In this document: in pieces, positions 8,367-18,217 of the stretch
Layout: the number at the start of each line of letters is the position of its first letter
How positions within the stretch are numbered: position 1 is the first letter of the stretch
From: Candidatus Fermentibacterota bacterium
GTDB lineage: Bacteria > JAFGKV01
Direction: 5' to 3'
Assembly: GCA_016928395.1 (NCBI GenBank)
Contig: JAFGKV010000138.1
Span: 1-49,460, forward strand
DNA length: 49,460 nt
Position numbers and translations under genes: made by a program
Notes under the pieces: model-generated
Seen by the model: the letters and a program-made list of their open reading frames with translations, nothing else
The model's database searches: none
What the model was told of the DNA's origin: nothing

Positions 8367-9556
8367 GCCGGCCGTTGGAGGGCCCTTCGGTAGGCCTGTT
8401 CAAGGTTGGCGGCCACGGCCCCCCATCCGTGCAGCCGTTCAGCGCGTTCTCTCGCCCGAAGGCCGAGTTCCTCCCTGCGAAAAGGATCCTCGAGCAGATC
8501 GCAGATGGCGTCGCTGAGCGCAGGGATGTCACCTGCAGGCACCAGAACCCCCACCTGATCTATCATCTTCTGCACTTCGCCCACCGCGCTGGCAACGATC
8601 GCCTTTCCCGCGGCCAAATACTCCACCACCTTGAGCGGGCTCTTGGCTCGCGTCGCCTCATTGTCGTCAAAGCACGCCACCGCCACATCCGCCGCCGCCA
8701 CATACTCAGGAACCTCGGCGTACGGGACGGCACCGGTGAACACCACGTTTTGGACTATGTGCAGGGTGGATGCCAATTCCTCAAGCTCCGGAAGACGCCA
8801 GCCTGCGCCAACGACCACCAGCCTTGCGTCCGGATGCCTAGTTAAGATCAGCTTTCCTGCCTGAAGAAACTGCCCGACGTACTGGGTCGCGTGGAGTTGG
8901 CCGAGGTAGAGCACGACGGGGCCCGCCCCGTCCAGTCTCGCCCGGATCCGCTCCCCGGAGACTGCGGGGTTGAAGGCCACTAGATCCGCACCCACCGGCG
9001 CGCGAAAAATCCGGTCCTTGGGCACGCCGGCCTTCAAGGCCAACGCCTCCAAGAGACCGCTGGCCACGGAAACCGTGTCTACCAGCCCGGGCAGCCGCTC
9101 TTCCATCCATCGAAGCCAGCCAGGCGCCTTCCCGCCGGTCTCGATGTCCTGGATCTTGTACTCCCAGTCATCCCAGTCGTAGTGGATGGGCAGCCTATTG
9201 AGGTACGCGGCCCACAGCGCCGGTATGGCTGCATGGGGCATGCACTTCTGCACATGCACCACGTCGCAGGCCCGCGCCATTTTCGCCAGATGCGCAGTAT
9301 TGCGGACCAGCGCGCTCACGTTTCTGCCCAGCTCCACCAACTCTACTCCAGGCAAACCACTGCCTCTCTGGCGGCGGGTCGCCCCCAAACGATGGTAGGC
9401 CAGAATCACCCTGTGACCCTGACGAGCCAACTCCTCAGCGAGAAAGCGAATGCGCACCGTCCACGGCTCCTGGGGTGAGTAGAGATCGTGGGGGTGCACC
9501 ATCAGAATGCTGAGGCGCGGAGCATTTTCGCCCGATGCCCCAGTGCGTCTTTCCAC
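8363..9556 (-). CDS. Glycosyltransferase family 4
   Basis: PVGAD..F, FTGAVPY.EVP.Y.AAADV, KSPLKVVEYLAAGKAIVAS. Shares HVQK and DDWE motifs with the 7224 gene. Confidence 0.9.
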   Translation of the reverse strand: MERRTGASGENAPRLSILMVHPHDLYSPQEPWTVRIRFLAEELARQGHRVILAYHRLGATRRQRGSGLPGVELVELGRNVSALVRNTAHLAKMARACDVVHVQKCMPHAAIPALWAAYLNRLPIHYDWDDWEYKIQDIETGGKAPGWLRWMEERLPGLVDTVSVASGLLEALALKAGVPKDRIFRAPVGADLVAFNPAVSGERIRARLDGAGPVVLYLGQLHATQYVGQFLQAGKLILTRHPDARLVVVGAGWRLPELEELASTLHIVQNVVFTGAVPYAEVPEYVAAADVAVACFDDNEATRAKSPLKVVEYLAAGKAIVASAVGEVQKMIDQVGVLVPAGDIPALSDAICDLLEDPFRREELGLRARERAERLHGWGAVAANLEQAYRRALQRPA

Positions 9557-11106
9557 TTCCTCACTCCTTGTGCAGCCAGATGCTCAATGCCAACCATGGT
9601 GAATCCCATCAGCAATGCCCAACGGGAGAGACCGCGGCGGGGTCTGACCCGCTCAGCGCGCACCTCATCGGGTCCTTGCATTAGAACCTGAAGCGAACGG
9701 TAGAGCCGGTATGGCACGGAGCGCCGGACCCGAGCCAACCGGTCTTCCGCGGCCGACAAGCTGGTGGACAAACCGTGCACCTTCTCTTCGGCTTCGGAGA
9801 GCCGCTCCTCAGCGGCTTGCAGACGCCGGTTCGCGTCAATCAGCCACCCATCACGATCGCGCACATCCTTGCGCAAGTGCTCGAGTTCAGCTTCGGCATT
9901 GCCCAAGCCTTTGTACACTTTCACCAACTCCCCGACCATTCGCTGTTCCAATGAGAGTGTCTTCGGTCGAATCGCCGGTGCAGCGCAGAAATCGTACAAG
10001 GGCACGGGATGATCCTCCCACGTATCAACCAGCGCCGTTGCCCGTGCACTCTGAGCCTCCCACTCATCCATCGCGGCAACCGCCGCCAGCACCGCTGCCC
10101 GCACCGCATCCCCGTTCGTAGGGTCCACCTCCCACCCTGCGCCGGCTGCGGTGATGACCGGAGCCAGTTCGAGGTAGTTGCTCAGAAGCGTCGGAAGTCC
10201 TCGCCAGAGATAGTGGTACACCCGGGTAGGCGCGGCCAGGAAACGCTCAATGTTGGGAAGAGACAGATCGACGCCCACATGGGCGGTGGCGAGCAGATCA
10301 TTGAGCTGGTCCCATCGGAGAAGGTCACGGTGGACAACGCGGGGATGTTGAAGAAGCTCCTTGGGCCATGCCGGGGCTTCCCCGGGAAAGACCCCCTGTT
10401 TCCACTGGGGATGAGGCCCACCCACGATCGTGAGCCTGCCGCGGCCCACCTCATCCAGGGCGGCCAGTAGTCTCATAAGCGCCGGGGTGGGATTCTGCCA
10501 CGGCCAGAAGATGCCGGCAGCCACGAAGTGAGGCTCTCCCTCCGGTCGAACTCGCGCCACCTTCGCCCCGGGCGGCATGGTCAGAGGTGCGACATGCACC
10601 GGCGCCCGATCCGGTTGTACACCCGCCTGGAGGAGCCACGGCAGAAAATAGGCCAATTGGCGTTGGCTTCCGCACAGGAAGAAGTCTCCCAGGAACAATG
10701 CCCGCATCTTTCGCGCGACGAGGCTCTCCCAATGCACCGATGAGTAGTAGAGATTCTCCAGTAGAAGGGGACCATACAGGTCGATGATCAAAGGGACATT
10801 CAGACCATCCAGCATGCTGGCCAGAGGCCACTGGATGGTCAAGACCACGTCGGGGGCAGTATCACGCACGACGGCCATGAGCTCCCCGGGCAGGTGGCTG
10901 ATCTCCATGGCGATCGGTGGCGCCTTGGGCATGTCGTGTAGATTCGCCCTGGGTACCGAGATCAGCACCTCGTGCCCCCTAGAGACGAGGCCCTCTGCCA
11001 GCCCCCAACACCGCACACCGCCTCCGGCAGTCGGATTGCCCCACGTCGGTGGTATATCCTGACAGAACACCAGGATTCGTCGGTGCGACACCGGGACCTC
11101 GCTCAT
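9502..11106 (-). CDS. GT-B glycosyltransferase with C-terminal coiled coil
   Basis: AGGGVRCWGLAEGL...GHEV, DLYGP, GIFWPWQNP, ERFLAAPTRV..YLWRGLP, then ~70 aa heptad-rich coiled coil ending RVRRSVPYRLYR. Confidence 0.8.
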   Translation of the reverse strand: MSEVPVSHRRILVFCQDIPPTWGNPTAGGGVRCWGLAEGLVSRGHEVLISVPRANLHDMPKAPPIAMEISHLPGELMAVVRDTAPDVVLTIQWPLASMLDGLNVPLIIDLYGPLLLENLYYSSVHWESLVARKMRALFLGDFFLCGSQRQLAYFLPWLLQAGVQPDRAPVHVAPLTMPPGAKVARVRPEGEPHFVAAGIFWPWQNPTPALMRLLAALDEVGRGRLTIVGGPHPQWKQGVFPGEAPAWPKELLQHPRVVHRDLLRWDQLNDLLATAHVGVDLSLPNIERFLAAPTRVYHYLWRGLPTLLSNYLELAPVITAAGAGWEVDPTNGDAVRAAVLAAVAAMDEWEAQSARATALVDTWEDHPVPLYDFCAAPAIRPKTLSLEQRMVGELVKVYKGLGNAEAELEHLRKDVRDRDGWLIDANRRLQAAEERLSEAEEKVHGLSTSLSAAEDRLARVRRSVPYRLYRSLQVLMQGPDEVRAERVRPRRGLSRWALLMGFTMVGIEHLAAQGVRKWKDALGHRAKMLRASAF

Positions 11107-12494
11107 CGTGCGCGAAGCTGACGCAGCCGGTGATACATCCTGAAGGCGGTGGTGCGCTGGATGCGAAGCAGCTCCGCGCGATCCTCTTCGAGCCCGGGGA
11201 TATCAGCCAGTATCGCCATCCGCCGCTGAAGCTCCGTGGCCGAGCCGGTTCCTCCCTGGCGCCTGGCGGCATTGTCCGGAGCGAATTCGGGAGAATCGAC
11301 CCACGCCACGAGGCGCTTGGTCGTTGCAGAGAACGAGAACTTCTCCAGCGCGAATTCCTGCGCCCTCAACCCCATCGAACGCATCCTATCCCGGTTGCGG
11401 ACAGCCCACACCAGAGCGCCCGCCAGAGCCTTGTGATCATGACAGCCAATGACGATTCCGAGCCCATGGCGTTCGATGATGCGGCTGATTTCGCTACCAT
11501 AGGTCGTGATGAGAGGCATGCCGTAGCGCATCATCGCATTGAGGCGATTCCTGGCTCCAAACTCGGTTTCGTAACAGAGGCTGTCCACATTGAGGCCTAT
11601 ATGCGCTTCGCGCATGACGCGGTCAACACGATCGGAATCGAGCCATCCCAGGAGATGGAAACGATCACGATATGCGCTGGCCTCCACTAGACCCCTGAAC
11701 CGGCGATAGGTAACGGGGTCGTGGGCGCCCAGTTCCCCTCCGGTGGACGCGAAATACAACTCAGGCACCCGATCCATCGCCAGTTCAAGACCATCCACGA
11801 GAGTGAGGGGATCGGCCCACGTGTTGAAGCCGCCCGACCAGAGCGCCCAGAGGACATTGTCCGGAACCTCGAGACCCTCCAGAGGGGAGACGACATCCCA
11901 CGGCTCTGGCGGTGGCTCAACGCCATTGGGAATATGATAAACGAACTCGTAACCGAAGGTGGGCCCGCACAGCCGGCCCACGGCGCCCAGCTCTCCTACC
12001 AGCGCGCAACGCTGGGGTGCGCTCACCGCGCTGAGAATGTCGGCTCTCATGAGAATGGGCGTCAGCTGCATCCACATCCTGAAGGGATCGTCGCCCTCTC
12101 CTACGATCCTGTGTCGGGCCTGGGCTTCACCCATGCTGTAGCCGTTGAGGTCTGCCCAGATGGGAACTGAGACGTCGGTTCTGCACGCCACCGAGGCAGC
12201 CTCCATATTCACGCCGACCACGCATGTCGGATCAGCGTCGGCAATAGCGCGGCGCATGGCAGGAATGTCGTGGAAGGAATCTGCATCCACCCGCGTGACG
12301 CTGAGAGATGGAAACTCAGGCTGGGCGTCATCGGCGTCATACGCTTCGAACATCATCTTGGCCATCAAGACGACGCGATGACCCGCATCCAGGAGGGGTT
12401 GAGTGAACTGCCATGTGCGGGTCCCCAGCCCAAAATGCTTCGTACGTCGCTCCCAGGGGAGAGGGGCCATCCCGAGGACTACAACCGTCGCCAC
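11103..12494 (-). CDS. GT-B glycosyltransferase
   Basis: GLGTRTW, IPNGVE, WSGGFNTWADP, ETEFGARNRL..MRYGMP. Start placed at GTG 12494. Confidence 0.8.
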   Translation of the reverse strand: MATVVVLGMAPLPWERRTKHFGLGTRTWQFTQPLLDAGHRVVLMAKMMFEAYDADDAQPEFPSLSVTRVDADSFHDIPAMRRAIADADPTCVVGVNMEAASVACRTDVSVPIWADLNGYSMGEAQARHRIVGEGDDPFRMWMQLTPILMRADILSAVSAPQRCALVGELGAVGRLCGPTFGYEFVYHIPNGVEPPPEPWDVVSPLEGLEVPDNVLWALWSGGFNTWADPLTLVDGLELAMDRVPELYFASTGGELGAHDPVTYRRFRGLVEASAYRDRFHLLGWLDSDRVDRVMREAHIGLNVDSLCYETEFGARNRLNAMMRYGMPLITTYGSEISRIIERHGLGIVIGCHDHKALAGALVWAVRNRDRMRSMGLRAQEFALEKFSFSATTKRLVAWVDSPEFAPDNAARRQGGTGSATELQRRMAILADIPGLEEDRAELLRIQRTTAFRMYHRLRQLRAR

Positions 12495-14188
12495 CGGATC
12501 CTTCCTTTCACCAACCGCGTGGCAGCGGCCCAGGGCAGACGCCACCACCAGCCTCGCCATCCACGACGCAATCCCGCCATCTCCACATCTTCATGACTCC
12601 TTCCGGCGCGAAAGGCCCGTTCCGCCTTGAGGAACGGCTTCAGATCCCTCCACGTCAGATGGGACGCGACGAACCGCAACCTCCCGTGATGATACGCGGA
12701 GTAGAAATCACGACTCCCCGCGCCCAGGGTAGTGGATTCGGCGTGCCGCCCCGCCGCCCATGGCCAGTAGAGAACACGAAACCCCTGGGCCCGAGCCCAC
12801 ACACAGAAATCCGTCTCTTCATAATAGGCTGGCCAGTAGCTCTCGTCCAGACCGTCACGCATCTGAAGGGCCCGGCGCTTCACCGCCATGAGAGCGCCGG
12901 TCACGTAGTCGACGTCCCGTTGTTCAACTGGCGCAGAGGCCTCGCCACGGCCAAGGTGACGAGTGCAGTAGTTGGGAAGTATCTCTCCTCCTGCGTGCTG
13001 AATGAAGCGTCCGCGCTCGTCCCATAGCGTCGCTCCGACGACGACGGCGTCTTCATCCTCCAGGCATGCCTGCACCAGCTCCCGCAAGGCATCCGGGAAG
13101 ACAAGGACGTCGGGGTTGATTGACACGATCACTTCACCCCTGGCCAGCCGCCAACCGATGTTGAACGCGGCGGCGAAACCCAAATTCCGCCCTGTGCGCG
13201 CGACCATTGCTCCTGCGGCGTGCGCTCGCCGCGCGCTCTCATCACGCGATCCATTGTCCACCACGATGATCTCCGGCACACCATCGACGCTGGCTGCGAC
13301 GGCGCGGATGCACTCCTCCACGCGGTCTCCATGGTTGTAGGTAACCACCACCACGGTAACCGCCGGCCTGTCCGGGAGTTCGAAATCACTTCCGGGTGTG
13401 GACCTGAGAAAGGCCTCGTACAGAGGATCCATGCCGGGATTCCCTTCCGCCGTTGCCGTCCTTGGCAAAGGGTGGGCGCCCCGGGTGGCCACATAGATAT
13501 CCCGGTAGGCCGGTTCCGCCGAGTCGGCCTCGGCATAGACGTCATTGTAGGCAGTATTGAACCGCCTCAGCGCGAGTTCGGCCTGCTCCGTGGTCTCCAG
13601 GTATCTGTTCATCAGCATGGCAGGAGTCCACCGCGGGAGGTAGCCGTTGGGAAACCGGGCGAATCGCGCCCCGCAAGCCCTGAGGAGGCATTCAACCTCG
13701 GCCCGGTCCGGGACGCCGAAGGCGAAATGATCAGCAAGCCAGGGATGGGCTTTCCCATGGAGCATTCGGTAGTACTGGTCCACACAGCTCTCGGCGGCAT
13801 GGACGTCGGCGTCACCGCGGGGTACACCGAGAAACACCCAGTGCCGGGATACCCGGAACAACTCCTCCGCGAATGCCATCCGCGCGGCAGCGGGGGTATG
13901 CTCCAGTACATCGGAATTCACCACCGCATCAAACCGCGCATCCGCGAAAGGAAGGCCTACGCCATCGGCGCAGACATACCACCCCGCCCCATCCCGCGGA
14001 AGGTCCGCCACAACCACCCGGTAATCAGGGAGGAAAAACCGCAGCTCGCAGGGATGGCCACCGACATCAAGCACCCGGCCTCCGGGCGCCACGGTCTTCT
14101 CGACGAGCCGAGCCAGAGCCGCGAGACGCTGGTACCGGTCAAACTGGATGCCACGGAGTCTTGAGTTCGATGATGACAAGACTGTCAC
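12479..14188 (-). CDS. Class I SAM methyltransferase fused to a family 2 glycosyltransferase
   Basis: N-terminal RVLDVGG, DG..LPFADARFDAV..SDVLEH; C-terminal VTVVVVTYN, VVDNGSRD, NLGFAAAFN, INPD, YVTGAL, YYEETD. Start placed at GTG 14188. Confidence 0.88.
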   Translation of the reverse strand: MTVLSSSNSRLRGIQFDRYQRLAALARLVEKTVAPGGRVLDVGGHPCELRFFLPDYRVVVADLPRDGAGWYVCADGVGLPFADARFDAVVNSDVLEHTPAAARMAFAEELFRVSRHWVFLGVPRGDADVHAAESCVDQYYRMLHGKAHPWLADHFAFGVPDRAEVECLLRACGARFARFPNGYLPRWTPAMLMNRYLETTEQAELALRRFNTAYNDVYAEADSAEPAYRDIYVATRGAHPLPRTATAEGNPGMDPLYEAFLRSTPGSDFELPDRPAVTVVVVTYNHGDRVEECIRAVAASVDGVPEIIVVDNGSRDESARRAHAAGAMVARTGRNLGFAAAFNIGWRLARGEVIVSINPDVLVFPDALRELVQACLEDEDAVVVGATLWDERGRFIQHAGGEILPNYCTRHLGRGEASAPVEQRDVDYVTGALMAVKRRALQMRDGLDESYWPAYYEETDFCVWARAQGFRVLYWPWAAGRHAESTTLGAGSRDFYSAYHHGRLRFVASHLTWRDLKPFLKAERAFRAGRSHEDVEMAGLRRGWRGWWWRLPWAAATRLVKGRIRWRRL

Positions 14189-14189
14189 C

Positions 14190-15164
14190 CTATGCCCTTT
14201 CGGGAGAATTCGGCGCCCCAACACACGCACGGAGAGAAAGCAGCCCCGCACCGATTACTCCCGCGCCCGTTCCCAACTCGGCCCGACGAATCCTCACGGT
14301 CGTGGCGACCAGATCAAGACAGCATCCTCGAATCCTGGGCTCCAGAAAACGCAGCAGGGCATCCCCCGCCTCCATGATGCCTCCACCCAGCACCAGGCAT
14401 TCCGGGTGCAGAAGGGTCAAGGCACACCCCATGCCCTGGGCAAGCCAGCCCGCCCATTCTTCCACCGCCAAACATGCGTCGGCATCGCCGCCCAGCCAGC
14501 GCTGCAGCACTGCCCGGGCATCAACGAGTCGGCCGCTCCTCTCGAAAAAGAGGCGGCTCAATGCGGGCCCCGACGCGTATTGCTCAAGACATCCGGCGCC
14601 GCCGCAGGGACAAAGCCTTCCCTGCGGGACGATCCTCATGTGACCGATTTCGCCGGATGCTCCCCCGCCCCGATACACCTCTCCCCCGAGGACGATACCC
14701 CCTCCAATGCCGGTGCCGACGGTGACGCCCAGCACTGAATCAAAGCCGCGCCCGGCACCTACCATTGCCTCCGCCAAGGCCATGGCATTGGCGTCGTTGT
14801 CACCCGCCCCGGGCAGGCCGATAAGCTCCTCGACACGGGCAATAATGGGCATGCCGCGCAGTCCGGGCATATTGGGGAGAGCGCCGGTCAGGGTTCTTGA
14901 CACGGGATCGATGGTTCCGGGACATGCTATGCCGATCGCGCACGGCGTGACACCACGATGATCCGCCTCAGCCTGCAACCCAGCGACGGCCATCGCGAGC
15001 TGCCCCATCATCGCCGTGGCTCCATCGGACGACCTGCTGGGTAGTGTGTGAAGTGATAGAAGCGTGCCGTCGCCGGAGACCAAGCCATGCTTGAGCAGCG
15101 TTCCGCCCACGTCCACGCCCATGGCCCATTGGTGGGCTAGATCGCCCGTAGGAACTCCTTCCAT
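14190..15164 (-). CDS. ROK family sugar kinase (glucokinase-like)
   Basis: GVDVGGT, GIACPG, DNDAN..ALAE, GTGIGGG, GEIGH, CPCG..GCLE Zn motif. No N-terminal HTH. Confidence 0.9.
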   Translation of the reverse strand: MEGVPTGDLAHQWAMGVDVGGTLLKHGLVSGDGTLLSLHTLPSRSSDGATAMMGQLAMAVAGLQAEADHRGVTPCAIGIACPGTIDPVSRTLTGALPNMPGLRGMPIIARVEELIGLPGAGDNDANAMALAEAMVGAGRGFDSVLGVTVGTGIGGGIVLGGEVYRGGGASGEIGHMRIVPQGRLCPCGGAGCLEQYASGPALSRLFFERSGRLVDARAVLQRWLGGDADACLAVEEWAGWLAQGMGCALTLLHPECLVLGGGIMEAGDALLRFLEPRIRGCCLDLVATTVRIRRAELGTGAGVIGAGLLSLRACVGAPNSPERA

Positions 15165-16144
15165 CGGATGACTGCCAAGGCGGGATTGAGTCGTTCGCAT
15201 GCGGCAACGAATTCCCTCCTCGACTCGTGCCATCGTCCCAGAGCCACGCCGGCGCGCCCCGCACAGTACCGCGGCAGGTATGAAGTCCCATCCAGGGCAG
15301 CAGCCTGTGCTAGATCAGCCATGCTCCCGTCCGCGTCGCCGCGGAGAAGGGTGCAGACACCACGGAACAACGCAACCTGGAAGTGATTGAGGCCGCGGCG
15401 AGGCGGACGGCCCTCGATGAAGGCGCGATAGTGAGGTATCATGCCTGCCCACGCCTCCGCCTTGTCCCAGCGGTCAGCGCACATGGCCGCGGCGATCATG
15501 GTGGTCGCCCGTTTCCCGGCGCCGGGCGCGCCGGCCCACGTGCATACTTCCTGGAATGCGTCATCAGATAGGCCCCTGGCCAGGAGACGCCACACGGAAC
15601 GCTCGGGTCCCGACTTAAAGAACCATGGAGGAGGGACGCGATAACCCGGCCATCCGATGCCCACCTCATCCATGACATCCCGGATCACCGGCTTTGGCAG
15701 GGTTGCTCGCCGCGTCTCCACGAGATGGAGGGCGCGGCCCTTCAGGTCGGCATTGGCACCCTGGAGAATCCTTACCATCGTCTCGGGCGGGGGCTTCCCC
15801 TGCCACACTCCGGCCAGAAGCTCGATCCCCTGGGCCAAGGCGTTACGGCGCTGCAGGTTCGCCTGCCGTGCTTCCTCCTGTGCCTCCGGAAACCGCCGTG
15901 CGTCAAACAGAATCAACGCGGCAAAGGACCGCGGGACCGCGCTGTGTGGGCGGCGCTCGGCCACAGTGTGCAGAAACCCAAGGGCCTCGTCAACCCGGCC
16001 CGCCTCAGCGGCGGCTCGCGCATGCCAGAGGCGTGCCTTCCAGTCGGACGGATGCCGGCTCGCGTAGGCAGCCAGAAGACTCGCCGCTTCGTCATGATCG
16101 CCACGATCCAAGGCGTGGAAGCCCCTTCGGAATTCGCTCATCAC
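15137..16144 (-). CDS. Tetratricopeptide-repeat protein
   Basis: Helical repeats with TPR patterns (G..DEA..L, A...P, G...E.R..F..A). Confidence 0.65.
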   Translation of the reverse strand: MMSEFRRGFHALDRGDHDEAASLLAAYASRHPSDWKARLWHARAAAEAGRVDEALGFLHTVAERRPHSAVPRSFAALILFDARRFPEAQEEARQANLQRRNALAQGIELLAGVWQGKPPPETMVRILQGANADLKGRALHLVETRRATLPKPVIRDVMDEVGIGWPGYRVPPPWFFKSGPERSVWRLLARGLSDDAFQEVCTWAGAPGAGKRATTMIAAAMCADRWDKAEAWAGMIPHYRAFIEGRPPRRGLNHFQVALFRGVCTLLRGDADGSMADLAQAAALDGTSYLPRYCAGRAGVALGRWHESRREFVAACERLNPALAVIRWKEFLRAI

Positions 16145-16150
16145 GCGCCG

Positions 16151-18217
16151 CTATCCGCCCTGACCCGATTCGCCCGTGTCGCCGGGTGGGACCAACTCGA
16201 TCCTGCCTCGGCGGTCAACACCCACAACTCGCACTGTCACACGCGCCCCTGCCGAAGGCGAGGCATTCTCATACCCCGCAGGAAGAAAACCCTCGACTGA
16301 TCCGAACAGCCTTACGTAGCACCCGTACTCAGTCACGGTGGCCACCGTGCCCTGGTACACGCGGTCGACCTCAGCGAGACCGGTGAGGTCCCGGATTCGG
16401 CTGAGAGCCTGTGCGAGATCCGCCTCGCCCTCGGCCCATACGCGAACCGTGCCGTCGCGTCCCGCCTCAATCCGCGTTCCGGTGGCCGCCTGAAGCTCCT
16501 GAATAGTCTTGCCCGAAGGCCCGATGAGTTCTCGTATCCGGTTCGGGCGAATCCTGATGACCTCCACCCTCGGCACATGACCACCCAGCCTCGTCCGCGG
16601 TCTGTCGCACACTGCCCCCATGGCATCTAGAATCTGCAGCCGTGCCTGCCGTGCCTGGCGCAGTGCGCCAGCCAGAATCGCGGTCGGCACCGCGCCCAGC
16701 TTGTTGTCCAGTTGCACGGCGGTGATGCCCGTGCGGGTGCCTGCCACCTTGAAGTCCATATCGCCGGCATGATCCTCATCACCCGTGATATCGGTAAGCA
16801 CCGCATGGGACTCCCCCTCCATTACCAACCCCATGGCCACCCCGGCCACCCCTGCCGCAATGGGAACACCGGCATCCATGAGCGCCAAGGACCCGCCGCA
16901 GACGCTGGCCATGGAGGAGGATCCATTGCTCTGGGTGATCTCCGACTCGACCCTGATGGTGAATGGAAACGCGGATGCCTCAGGCACCGCCGGCTCCAGA
17001 GCCGCTCGAACAAGGCTGCCATGCCCCAGTTCGCGGCGCCCTGGCCCCCTCGAAGGCCTGACCTCTCCTACCGAATACGGTGGGAAGTTGTAGTGAACCA
17101 GGAACCGCCGCCGCACCGACCCGTCCAGCGTCTCGATCTCCTGCCCCTCCCGGCTCGTACCCAACGTGCATGTCACCACCGCCTGGGTCTCTCCCCGGGT
17201 GAACACTGCGGATCCGTGGGCTCGCGGAAGCCACCCGGTCTCTGCCGAAATGGTGCGGATCTCGTTAAGGCGTCGGCCGTCCAGACGCCTGCCCCGCAGA
17301 GCCTCCGCCCTGAGCTGCCGCCGCATCGCCGTCTGGGCGGCCTGGGCAAGCACCTCAGGAGAAGCCAGGCCCTCCAAGGCGACCAGGGCCTGGGCCTGGG
17401 CGCTCTGCTGGAGAGACTGCCGCTGACGCTTCGACGAGACGCCGGTGATGGCCGCAAAATGAGGGATAAGATGCTCTTCCATTGCGCGAACCAGGTCCTC
17501 GTGGGCTGACCCCAGTCGGTATGACCTGGTCTCCACGGCGGCCACCTCCCCCAACTGCTCCAAAGCGGCAAGCAGCGGATCGGCCGCTTCCCAGGCACAG
17601 TCTAGAGCTTCCAGAAGCCGCTCCTCGGGCTCTTGATCTATCCGGCCTTCGGCCATGACCAGCCCCTGCCGGGTGAATGACGCCACCAGATTGAGTGAAG
17701 CTTTGGCTTGCTCCGCAGCGGTGGGCGCCGCGACGAGCCTCTCCCCAATCCTCACCATCCGGACAGCCGCCACCGGGCCGTCCCAGGGAAGATCCGAACA
17801 GAGAAGGGCCGCACCGGCGGCATTGATCCCCAGCACGCCGGGATCGATATCCGGCTCGTGGCTCATCAAGGTAATGCTTACCTGGGTGTCACCCCTGAAT
17901 CCGGCAGGGAACAATGGTCTGATGCTCCTGTCGATGAGGCGCGAAATCAGTGTCTCGCCTTCGGTAGATCTGGACTCACGGCGCAGATACCCGCCGGGAA
18001 TTCGACCCGCGGAAGCCATCTTCTCGCGATACTCCACCGTAAGCGGGAAGAAACCATGGTCTTCCGAGACATCCTGCGACGCTACCACCGCCGCCACCAC
18101 CATGGAATCACCCTGTCGGGCCACCACGGCGCCGTCTGCCAGTTGGGCGATACACCCCGTTTCAAGAGCGAGTGTTGTGCCGCCCACCGCAGCCTTCACC
18201 CGGTGGGCCTTATGCAT
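16151..18217 (-). CDS. pnp: Polyribonucleotide nucleotidyltransferase (PNPase), divergent
   Basis: Two RNase PH domains (FFPLTVEYRE, AGRIPGG, RLIDRSIRPLFP; HGSAVFTRGETQ, HYNFPPYSVGE, RRELGHG, SNGSSSMAS, GDMDFKVAGT), KH domain (IGPSGKTI) and S1 domain. Start placed at ATG 18217. Confidence 0.93.
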   Translation of the reverse strand: MHKAHRVKAAVGGTTLALETGCIAQLADGAVVARQGDSMVVAAVVASQDVSEDHGFFPLTVEYREKMASAGRIPGGYLRRESRSTEGETLISRLIDRSIRPLFPAGFRGDTQVSITLMSHEPDIDPGVLGINAAGAALLCSDLPWDGPVAAVRMVRIGERLVAAPTAAEQAKASLNLVASFTRQGLVMAEGRIDQEPEERLLEALDCAWEAADPLLAALEQLGEVAAVETRSYRLGSAHEDLVRAMEEHLIPHFAAITGVSSKRQRQSLQQSAQAQALVALEGLASPEVLAQAAQTAMRRQLRAEALRGRRLDGRRLNEIRTISAETGWLPRAHGSAVFTRGETQAVVTCTLGTSREGQEIETLDGSVRRRFLVHYNFPPYSVGEVRPSRGPGRRELGHGSLVRAALEPAVPEASAFPFTIRVESEITQSNGSSSMASVCGGSLALMDAGVPIAAGVAGVAMGLVMEGESHAVLTDITGDEDHAGDMDFKVAGTRTGITAVQLDNKLGAVPTAILAGALRQARQARLQILDAMGAVCDRPRTRLGGHVPRVEVIRIRPNRIRELIGPSGKTIQELQAATGTRIEAGRDGTVRVWAEGEADLAQALSRIRDLTGLAEVDRVYQGTVATVTEYGCYVRLFGSVEGFLPAGYENASPSAGARVTVRVVGVDRRGRIELVPPGDTGESGQGG

